The translations under genes and the position numbers were made by a program. 61,988 nt of DNA from an uncultured Clostridia bacterium (GTDB lineage Bacteria > Bacillota > Clostridia > Christensenellales > UBA1242). A model generated the notes under the pieces. The model worked only from the letters and a program-made list of their open reading frames with translations. It had not been told where the DNA came from and did no database searches. This document shows, piece by piece, positions 50,242 to 57,313 of the stretch (its first letter is position 1; the number at the start of each line of letters is the position of its first letter). The DNA lies in contig CALVPQ010000005.1 in the NCBI GenBank assembly GCA_944351415.1, positions 1 through 61,988 of the forward strand. The letters are read 5' to 3'.

Positions 50242-51090
50242 ATGAAAATTGGATTAGTTGATGTTGGCGGTGGAATAAGAGGAATATATGCCACAGGTGT
50301 GTTAGATTATTGTATAGATAATGGAATAAATTTTGATGTGACTGTCGGTGTGTCTGCGGGAAGTGCAAATATTGCATCTTTTTTAGCTCACCAACGCGGA
50401 CGTAACTATGTTTTTTATACAGATTATCTATTTAGAAAGGAGTATGCAAGCCTGCGAAATTTTATTTTTAAAAAGTCTTATATTGATATGGATTATGTTT
50501 ATGGCTCATTAAGTAATCATGACGGTGAAAATCCTCTAAATTACACTGCAATAAAAGATAATCCTGCCAAGTTCTACATTGTTGCAACAGAGGCTGACAC
50601 AGGAGAAGTGAAATATTTTGACAAAAGTGATTTGGCTCAAGATAATTATGACCCTTTGAAAGCGTCTGCGTCCATACCATTTATTTGTAAGCCTTATGAG
50701 ATAGATAACAAAAAATATTATGATGGCGCTTTAAGTGACCCTATCCCAATTGAAAAAGCCTTTTCGTGTGGGTGTGATATTGTGATTCTGATTTTAACAA
50801 AGCCAGAGTCAACAATAAGAAAATCAAACAAGGATAAAAAACTTGCTTTCTTTATTCGTAAAAAATATCCAAAAAGTGCAGAAGCATTGAAACTTCGAGC
50901 AAAACGATACAACGAAGGTGTAGCATTAGCTCAAGAATATGCAAAACATGGTAAACTTTTGATTGTTTCGCCAGACAGCACTCTCGGAGTTGATACCCTT
51001 ACAAAAAACAAAGAAGCGATAAAAAAACTCTATGAAAAGGGATATAAAGATGGAGAAAAAATAAAAAAATTTTTGCAAAAAACTGTTTAA
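50242..51090 (+). CDS. patatin-like phospholipase
   Basis: Oxyanion GGGIRG, nucleophile elbow GVSAGS, catalytic DGAL. Confidence 0.88.
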   Translation: MKIGLVDVGGGIRGIYATGVLDYCIDNGINFDVTVGVSAGSANIASFLAHQRGRNYVFYTDYLFRKEYASLRNFIFKKSYIDMDYVYGSLSNHDGENPLNYTAIKDNPAKFYIVATEADTGEVKYFDKSDLAQDNYDPLKASASIPFICKPYEIDNKKYYDGALSDPIPIEKAFSCGCDIVILILTKPESTIRKSNKDKKLAFFIRKKYPKSAEALKLRAKRYNEGVALAQEYAKHGKLLIVSPDSTLGVDTLTKNKEAIKKLYEKGYKDGEKIKKFLQKTV

Positions 51091-51128
51091 AAAAAATAAC
51101 TCGCTGGGAATTATAGCGAGTTATTTTT

Positions 51129-51803
51129 TTATTCATTATTCCAAATTTTTTCAAACTCTTTTGGCACTTCTTGAATAAAGTTTTCTTTGCCCACAATATC
51201 AATAAGTGAAGTTTTCATTGTGACAGGGATATTCTTTGCTTTAGCCTGGTTTACAACATTCATAACCCACTCTTTTTTAGGAATAATTTTGCCTTTACGA
51301 TTGCCCGTTTCAGCACCAACCACAATCCAATCAATATTTTCTAAATCAAGGCTCCCCACATCTTCAAAAAGTGGTTCAAATGTGATATGATAGTGCTTTG
51401 CCTTAACATTCTTTTTAAACTCTGTTATTCTTCCTGCTTCTTTCTTTGTGGTTACAGTCACACCAAGCCAAACATTGTCAAGGTCAGTTGAATAATGACA
51501 AAGTTCAGGACGTTTTGTGAGCAAAATATACTCGTGCTGTGGATTATCCCTAAGTGCTTTAAAAATTTTGTCGCACCAGTCATTTTTGCACCAACTTGAA
51601 AAGTCACTCATACTTGTGATTAGCATAACTCGTGGCTTGCCTTTGTAGAGTTGTGGGAGGCGACTCTCCATAAGTGTTGGGACATTAAAATCTGGAATGT
51701 GTTTAAAGCGTTGGTTGATTTTTCTTGCATAACAATAACTGCAACCAATATCACAGCCCATAACAGGGTTAAAAGTTTTTACAAGTTTAATCCTATCTTC
51801 CAT
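51129..51803 (-). CDS. DUF5131 (phage Gp37/Gp68-like) protein with CX3CX2C motif, paralog 2
   Basis: NPVMGCDIGCSYCYA, LLTKRPE, WLGVTV, FEPL, DWIVVGAETG. The start is probably MEDRIK (51803), overlapping the MarR stop. Confidence 0.7.
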   Translation of the reverse strand: MEDRIKLVKTFNPVMGCDIGCSYCYARKINQRFKHIPDFNVPTLMESRLPQLYKGKPRVMLITSMSDFSSWCKNDWCDKIFKALRDNPQHEYILLTKRPELCHYSTDLDNVWLGVTVTTKKEAGRITEFKKNVKAKHYHITFEPLFEDVGSLDLENIDWIVVGAETGNRKGKIIPKKEWVMNVVNQAKAKNIPVTMKTSLIDIVGKENFIQEVPKEFEKIWNNE

Positions 51804-52227
51804 TATCTTTCTCCAAATTTTCAATTATTTTTTTTAGAGTGTTTTCAAAATTTTCAATTTGCTTATCGGTGAAATTTTTATAAAAGACTTCTTCCATTTG
51901 CTTTGTTACATCAAGATAATCTTCTTGAAGTGCCTTTGCCTTGTCTGTTAGCGAAACAATTGTTTCTCTTTTATCTTCTTTGCTTGCAGTTCTCTTAATG
52001 AGCCCTTGCAGTTCCATTCGCTCTAGCATTGCAGTTAAAGTTGTTTTGGCAAGTTTTGTAAGTTTTGAAATTTGTTTAATGGAAATATTATTATTATTCC
52101 ACAAAATATATAAAATTCTGCCTTGTGCACCATTAAATTCATCAACACCTTTTGCTTTTAAAATTCTTTCAAAGGTTCTATCAGAAAGTTGCTTTACTTG
52201 ACTTATTAAAAATCCACCATTACTCAT
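51793..52227 (-). CDS. MarR family transcriptional regulator
   Basis: Winged HTH ISIKQISKLTKLAKTTLTAMLERMELQGLIKRTASKEDKRETIVSLT. Confidence 0.88.
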   Translation of the reverse strand: MSNGGFLISQVKQLSDRTFERILKAKGVDEFNGAQGRILYILWNNNNISIKQISKLTKLAKTTLTAMLERMELQGLIKRTASKEDKRETIVSLTDKAKALQEDYLDVTKQMEEVFYKNFTDKQIENFENTLKKIIENLEKDNGR

Positions 52228-52889
52228 ACTTCTTCTCCTAAAAATGATTTTGGCATTTCCTGTATAAACTCATCTTCATTAAAGGCGCAAATCAAATCTT
52301 CTTTCATAAAAACAGGAATATTCTTCTCTTTTGCTTGATTTACAATATTTAAAACCCATTCCCGTTTGGAAATTGATTTGCCTTTTCGATTGCCCGTTTC
52401 TGTGCCAACAACAATCCAATCAATATTTTCTAAATCAAGACTCCCCACATCTTCAAAAAGTGGTTCAAAAGTTAGGTGATAATGCTTTGCCTTAACATTT
52501 TCAAAAAGCTGTTTAATCCTAACTTTTTCTTTTGCAGTTGTGATTGTCACACCAAACCAAGCATTGTCGGGCGCGGTTTGTATATTCAATCTTTCAGGTC
52601 GCTTTGTCAAGAAAATATATTGAGTTTTAGGATTTTGCTTTATCTTTTCAAATGTTTTTTCCACCCATTCATCTTTCCAGCCTGACAAATCACTCTGCCC
52701 TGTGAGTAGATATGCCGAATATTTTTTATTATCAAGCAGTCTTAATTTACTTTCAAAAAATGTTGGAATGTTAAAGTCTGGAATACTCCTAAATCTTTTG
52801 CAATTATTCCGTGCATAACAATAGCTGCAACCGATGTCACAGCCGATAACAAGATTTATATTTTTAATTTTATCCTTAATACAATACAT
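52224..52889 (-). CDS. DUF5131 (phage Gp37/Gp68-like) protein with CX3CX2C motif, paralog 1
   Basis: VIGCDIGCSYCYA, FLTKRPE, WFGVTI, FEPL, DWIVVGTETG. Confidence 0.7.
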   Translation of the reverse strand: MYCIKDKIKNINLVIGCDIGCSYCYARNNCKRFRSIPDFNIPTFFESKLRLLDNKKYSAYLLTGQSDLSGWKDEWVEKTFEKIKQNPKTQYIFLTKRPERLNIQTAPDNAWFGVTITTAKEKVRIKQLFENVKAKHYHLTFEPLFEDVGSLDLENIDWIVVGTETGNRKGKSISKREWVLNIVNQAKEKNIPVFMKEDLICAFNEDEFIQEMPKSFLGEEV

Positions 52890-52895
52890 CTAGAA

Positions 52896-53399
52896 TTAAC
52901 CTTTTTTTGCTGATGCAAACTCTGCATAACCATTCCAGCCGAAAGTTCCGTTTTCACTTTCATCAACATAAACCTTTCTAATATCACAAAGGTGAATAAT
53001 GTGGTCATCTGCGTCCAAAGTTTCACAAACACTACCTACAAAAGCAAGTCTTGTGTGTTTTGGCACAGAAATACTTGTTCCGTCCAATTTTTGCATTTCA
53101 ATCCCAAATTTTTCAATCTTGTTTGTATCTCTGCCACTCGAAGTTCCACACGCAATCAATTTGTTGGCAATATCAATTCCAGGGAGTGCCACAACCACTT
53201 CACGATTTTTCTTTAAAAGTTCAAGAGTGTATGCACCCTTGTTAAGTGAAAACATAATTTTACCAGGGTTTGTTGAAGCAAAGGTCCAAAAGGCAAGAGT
53301 TGCCATATTGGTTGTGCCATCTTCCTTTTGTGAACAAATAAAAGTTAATGGATTTGGTGAAGTAAACACCGGTGCTTGTGCAATTTTGATTTCTTTCAT
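52896..53399 (-). CDS. flavin reductase-like (FMN-binding split-barrel) protein
   Basis: 167 aa with the pattern PNPLTFICSQKEDGTTNMATLAFW...VVALPG typical of flavin reductase domain proteins. Confidence 0.7.
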   Translation of the reverse strand: MKEIKIAQAPVFTSPNPLTFICSQKEDGTTNMATLAFWTFASTNPGKIMFSLNKGAYTLELLKKNREVVVALPGIDIANKLIACGTSSGRDTNKIEKFGIEMQKLDGTSISVPKHTRLAFVGSVCETLDADDHIIHLCDIRKVYVDESENGTFGWNGYAEFASAKKG

Positions 53400-53558
53400 A
53401 AAAAACTCCTTTAAAAATAAATTAGTTCTATATAGAACAATAAAATAATACCATATAAAACTAATTATGTCAACTAAATTTATAAAAATTTATACAAACA
53501 AAAAAAAAGTGTTAAAAACAAATTTGCCGATAGCACTCTTTTATTTTATATATAATAT

Positions 53559-53637
53559 ATATTATTTCTTCGTTTTGTGTTGAAAGATACTAACAAAAGA
53601 AATTAAAATAAAGAAAAGTTTTCTTTTGGTTATCTAA
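53559..53637. repeat. 79-bp direct repeat, copy 1
   Basis: ATATTATTTCTTCGTTTTGTGTTGAAAGATACTAACAAAAGAAATTAAAATAAAGAAAAGTTTTCTTTTGGTTATCTAA is 78/79 identical to 55511-55589. Confidence 0.9.
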
Positions 53638-53652
53638 TGCAACAATATATTT

Positions 53653-54213
53653 TCATTCTAATCTTAATGAATATGATTTAATTATCAATTCTATCAAATT
53701 ATATAGTTTATCCGCAATCTCGGTCGGTCTTTCTTTTTTGCCATTTTTAAGCCAAAGAGATAGTATTCCACCACCGCCAAAACTTAAAAACTTTTTTAAA
53801 AATTCCTGTTCATTTTTATCCACCTTAGGCAAGTCAATATTTAAGCTTGTCAATTTTTCAAAGCACAATTCAAAACTCTTTAACCTATATAAATTATCGA
53901 TATTGCTAGAAAAAAGCAGAATATATTTTTCACTATTGTCATAGACATCTTGAAAAGCGCTACGAATTGCTTCTTTTAAACTGCAATTGTCATATTTTTC
54001 TTTCATTTTTTTAGCTATTTCTTCGATTGCTTCGTTTACTAACTTTTCATATAAATCAAAAGAACTTGAATAGTGCTTATAAAAAGTAATACGATTTATA
54101 CCAGCATTTTCACAAATACTTTTTACAGTTATTTTACTTAAATTGTTATTTTTTAATAAATCTAAAAAACTATTTTCAATAAGAATTTGCGTATGTCTTG
54201 CCCTTTTGTCCAT
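53653..54213 (-). CDS. TetR/AcrR family transcriptional regulator
   Basis: HTH LSKITVKSICENAGINRITFYKHYSSSFDLY. Confidence 0.88.
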   Translation of the reverse strand: MDKRARHTQILIENSFLDLLKNNNLSKITVKSICENAGINRITFYKHYSSSFDLYEKLVNEAIEEIAKKMKEKYDNCSLKEAIRSAFQDVYDNSEKYILLFSSNIDNLYRLKSFELCFEKLTSLNIDLPKVDKNEQEFLKKFLSFGGGGILSLWLKNGKKERPTEIADKLYNLIELIIKSYSLRLE

Positions 54214-54366
54214 AAAAAATGTCCCTTTTAGAAAAGATTATTTACATTTCTGCATATTGTGTAGTCAATATGACCAATGTTGAAGGAAATTGCAATTGAC
54301 TTTGGCTACACCTGTTTATTATAATATTTATAGTAGTTATTGTCAACTGCTATAAGGAGATATAAA

Positions 54367-54675
54367 ATGGAAGAACAAGAAGATAAGTTAAGGAAGGTGG
54401 CAAAAGAGCGAGTGGCAAACAAGTTAGGGCTTTTAATTCACGCCATTTGCTGGCTAATAATTTCGGTAATTATAATAATCGTTGTTCCTGAGCAAGAAAT
54501 GGGTGTAAGGATAGGCGTTTTAGTTCTTGGTTTTTGGGGAATTTGTGTTGTTATTCACGCAGTTTGTGTTTACTTTATTTTACGAAAAACTTCTGGAAAG
54601 AAAACAGAAAAGTCTTTCGATAAAATGGTAGATAAAGAATATGAAAAATTAAAATCAAAACAGGACAAAGAATAA
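54367..54675 (+). CDS. 2TM-domain membrane protein
   Basis: The start is set at MEEQEDK after an AAGGAG RBS. Two hydrophobic helices are preceded by KERVANKLGLLIHAICW, as in 2TM family proteins. Confidence 0.6.
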   Translation: MEEQEDKLRKVAKERVANKLGLLIHAICWLIISVIIIIVVPEQEMGVRIGVLVLGFWGICVVIHAVCVYFILRKTSGKKTEKSFDKMVDKEYEKLKSKQDKE

Positions 54676-55430
54676 TGATTGGTTTTTACTATTTAGACTT
54701 TTTAGAAAAAAGTTTTGATGTAAAAAGCAAAACATCACGCAAAAATTATTGGGTGGTATTTTTAATAAATGCCACTCTTTCTATTATCTTGGTTAGCATT
54801 GGACTTGCCATTCCACAAGGCACTCCTCTGCAAATTTATATAGGTATTTCATCAATCATTGCAACTCCACTTTTTGTGCCTTTCTTTACTGCTATTGCAA
54901 GAAGATTAAACGATGTGGATATTTCCAGAAAGTATATGTGGTTTTTACTAATTCCATTTTTTGGATATATACCTTTTATTTTCTTGTGTGCCAAAAAGTC
55001 GAAATATAATGAAGCTGAAGATTTCAGTAAATATAAAAAAGGCTTTTCTTCAATAGTAATAAAAAAGATTGTAAATAGCATTCTCACTGTGTTCCCGTTT
55101 ATCTATTTTGCGTATTCAATTTACAAATTGATAACAGCAACAGGCAGTGTTGAAATTGGACTTAACGCTTCTTTGTTGTCAATATCCTTTATTATTTGTA
55201 TTTCAACTATAATTGAACTTAAAACTACAAAAGTTTCAAAGTTTTTATCTGTTTGGAAATTTATTCAAAAACTAACAACATTGTCAGGCGCAATTTTATC
55301 AATAATTCTTTATCACAACTCTCAAAATTTTGTTGATGCAGTTATGGTGGTTTATTTTTACTTTTATGTGATGATTATTCCCATAGTCCTTGTTTTTGAT
55401 TTATATAAACTAGCAAAAAAGAAAGAATAA
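54675..55430 (+). CDS. DUF805 family membrane protein with extra C-terminal TM region
   Basis: SRKNYWVVFL...AIARRLNDVDISRKYMWFLLIPFFGYIPFIFLC matches the DUF805 (YhaH-like) RRLHD motif. Confidence 0.7.
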   Translation: MIGFYYLDFLEKSFDVKSKTSRKNYWVVFLINATLSIILVSIGLAIPQGTPLQIYIGISSIIATPLFVPFFTAIARRLNDVDISRKYMWFLLIPFFGYIPFIFLCAKKSKYNEAEDFSKYKKGFSSIVIKKIVNSILTVFPFIYFAYSIYKLITATGSVEIGLNASLLSISFIICISTIIELKTTKVSKFLSVWKFIQKLTTLSGAILSIILYHNSQNFVDAVMVVYFYFYVMIIPIVLVFDLYKLAKKKE

Positions 55431-55510
55431 AATTTTTTACTTAACAAAAGAAAAATGAGCATTGCAATATTAGTTTGCTTTGCTCTTTTTATATTTAATA
55501 ATATTATTTT

Positions 55511-55589
55511 ATATTATTTCTTTGTTTTGTGTTGAAAGATACTAACAAAAGAAATTAAAATAAAGAAAAGTTTTCTTTTGGTTATCTAA
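55511..55589. repeat. 79-bp direct repeat, copy 2
   Basis: 78/79 identical to 53559-53637. Its last 8 nt overlap the stop region of 55582..56094. Confidence 0.9.
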
Positions 55590-56094
55590 AATTTTCGGGG
55601 TTTATAACTCTCACTCTATTTCCATTTTGTTTTGCAAAGCGGACAGTGTTTCCTGTTCCGCTTGGTTTACCATTCCAACAAGCAATACAAATGGAAGAAT
55701 GGTCCACCATATATTTATTTCGGTCATTCATACAAGTTGGTGTGTAATGGTCGGACAATATGATAACATCATCACACCTTTTCAAAATATTTTTATATCT
55801 TTTTTGCTGGTCGGGCTTCCATTTCAGTTCCTGCCCAACACAAGGCACAACAGCAATAACTTTGATGTTGTGCCTTTTTCTTAATTCAAGCAAAATCTCT
55901 GCACCAATCATATCAAAGCCTTCCGCCATACCTGTCAAAAAAGTTGTTATGCCAAACTCAATTGCACCAACAAAAACTTTTCTCACTTCTTCCTTAAATC
56001 TTAAACAACTCTCCCTGTTTTCATCATATCCCCAAGGTAGTGATTTTGGGCGATGCCCTGTCAAACAAATTGTTTGTTCTTTAACTATATTCAT
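55582..56094 (-). CDS. SLOG-fold DUF1273 (YpsA-like) protein
   Basis: CLTGHRPKSLPWGY...FLTGMAEGFDMIGAEILLELR...VVPCVGQELKW matches the YpsA/DUF1273 pattern. Confidence 0.75.
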   Translation of the reverse strand: MNIVKEQTICLTGHRPKSLPWGYDENRESCLRFKEEVRKVFVGAIEFGITTFLTGMAEGFDMIGAEILLELRKRHNIKVIAVVPCVGQELKWKPDQQKRYKNILKRCDDVIILSDHYTPTCMNDRNKYMVDHSSICIACWNGKPSGTGNTVRFAKQNGNRVRVINPENFR

Positions 56095-56213
56095 ACCATA
56101 TCCTTTTAAAGCAATAATTGCTATAAATATTATATGGCATCATATTAGGCAGTTGCAACTAAAATGGCTTCAAAATAGGCAATAATTATTTTGTATTTTG
56201 GAGGGTTGCAATT

Positions 56214-56636
56214 ATGACTGATTTTATTACACTTGTAAAAGAAGTTTTAGAAGAAAAAGGAATGTCAACTCAAAATTTGTTTGATGATGGTGTTATTTCT
56301 GAGAATACTTTTTACAAATACAAGCATCGCTATCCAAATTTAACAACATCACTTAAAATTGCAAACTATTTATGTGTGAGCGTTGATTATTTATTTGGTT
56401 TAAGTGATGAAAACAAATTTAAGCCTTATTCGCTCGAACAAAAGAATTTGTATAATAACATTGTTTCTTTAATAGAAAACTCAAAAATATCTCAACGGAA
56501 ATTTAGTAAAGATTTAAACTATTCAAGAGTAAATTTGTTGCGTTGGAAGAAAGGCACAAGTCCAAATGTGCAATCACTAATTGAAATATCCAAATATTTC
56601 AGCATTCCAATAGATGATTTGTTAGATAAAGAATAA
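56214..56636 (+). CDS. XRE-family helix-turn-helix protein (two HTH units)
   Basis: Two Cro/C1-type segments (TTSLKIANYLCVSVDYLFGL and NVQSLIEISKYFSIPIDDLL). Confidence 0.75.
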   Translation: MTDFITLVKEVLEEKGMSTQNLFDDGVISENTFYKYKHRYPNLTTSLKIANYLCVSVDYLFGLSDENKFKPYSLEQKNLYNNIVSLIENSKISQRKFSKDLNYSRVNLLRWKKGTSPNVQSLIEISKYFSIPIDDLLDKE

Positions 56637-56751
56637 TAGTCAAAGAAGTAAGTTTTGTTTGCTTCTTTTTTGTTATGTAAAAATTTTTATTAATTTTTTA
56701 AAAAAAATTGCTAAAATAGACCCCACGATATTAAAAATAGGAAACAAATAG

Positions 56752-56967
56752 GTCAAGACAACAATCACAACATATAACTCTGTTGACAAAAGTTATTTTG
56801 ACAAAGCAACAAAAGTTTTCAATGAGCAATATAAGATCGAACAACAAGAGGATAAATATAACTCTCTTGACGATGATGAACTCGACTGGGAACTAGAACA
56901 ACTTTTGAGAGAAAAGGAGGAAAGAGAAAGAAGAAAACGAAAAAAAGAAAAAGATTTTGAAATGTAA
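56752..56967 (+). pseudogene. possible 5'-truncated gene remnant (71 codons, no start codon)
   Basis: Open frame VKTTITTYNSVDKSYFDKATKVFNEQYKIEQQEDKYNSLDDDELDWELEQLLREKEERERRKRKKEKDFEM* contains no ATG, GTG or TTG start. Confidence 0.3.
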
Positions 56968-56985
56968 AGTATTTTTGCAAAAGTG

Positions 56986-57013
56986 TTGATTTTTTCATAT
57001 TTTGTGATATAAT
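56986..57013 (+). promoter_or_regulatory. tyrS leader promoter
   Basis: TTGATT (56986-91), a 16-nt spacer, then extended -10 TGATATAAT (57005-13). Confidence 0.65.
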
Positions 57014-57034
57014 ATAAAATATAAGGAGTAAAAA

Positions 57035-57082
57035 ATGACAAAGACTTTCGCATTAAATTCATATTATTACTACTACATTTAA
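57035..57082 (+). CDS. Tyr-rich leader peptide MTKTFALNSYYYYYI (15 aa)
   Basis: ATG lies 8 nt after an AAGGAG RBS. Codons 10-14 are TAT TAT TAC TAC TAC and the stop is TAA at 57080-82. It lies directly upstream of the tyrS attenuator hairpins. Confidence 0.7.
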   Translation: MTKTFALNSYYYYYI

Positions 57083-57126
57083 ATTGCTATATGTAGGAGT
57101 TTTTGCGAGAAATAAAAATAAAACAT

Positions 57127-57164
57127 CTGCCATATAGCAATTAGCTGTGTGGCAGTTTTCTTTT
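57127..57164 (+). terminator. attenuator terminator 1 of tyrS leader
   Basis: 12-bp stem CTGCCATATAGC / GCTGTGTGGCAG (two G-U pairs), 5-nt loop AATTA, then TTTTCTTTT. Confidence 0.7.
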
Positions 57165-57170
57165 AAATGG

Positions 57171-57213
57171 AACATCTGTCACAAATTTTGATTCTTGGCA
57201 GATGTTTTTTATT
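57171..57213 (+). terminator. attenuator terminator 2 of tyrS leader
   Basis: 11-bp stem AACATCTGTCA / TGGCAGATGTT (one G-U pair), 14-nt loop, then TTTTATT. Confidence 0.7.
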
Positions 57214-57226
57214 AAAAGGAGACCTT

Positions 57227-57277
57227 ATGTTTTTTAGAAAAACCTACGCCCTTATGGGCGTGAAAAATTACTTATAG
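57227..57277 (+). CDS. possible second small uORF MFFRKTYALMGVKNYL (16 aa)
   Basis: ATG after an AAAGGAGA RBS. It contains the GC hairpin ACGCCC-TTAT-GGGCGT (57246-57261). Translation is unproven. Confidence 0.3.
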   Translation: MFFRKTYALMGVKNYL

Positions 57278-57313
57278 AACAAAAATATGATAAAATAATA
57301 AAGGAGAAAAAAT

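Noticed and set aside
54259-54311. Imperfect inverted repeat GTGTAGTCAAT...ATTGACTTTGGCTACAC in the divergent TetR / 2TM-protein promoter region.
   Set aside because: It is plausible as an operator, but the arms are interrupted and short. It is too weak to report as a feature without binding data.
56793-57062. 89-aa minus-strand ORF overlapping the tyrS promoter and leader peptide.
   Set aside because: It has low-complexity poly-Ser/Leu translation and no RBS. It is antisense to a more protein-like frame and overlaps the promoter and leader peptide.
57121-57165. Possible T-box riboswitch upstream of tyrS (AATTAGCTGTGTGGCAG superficially resembles AAUUAGGGUGGUACCGCG, and UAC triplets lie nearby).
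   Set aside because: The conserved GGUGGNACCGCG core is absent. The UAC triplets are in-frame Tyr codons of an RBS-preceded 15-codon ORF. The hairpins fit a leader-peptide attenuator better. An Infernal scan would settle it.
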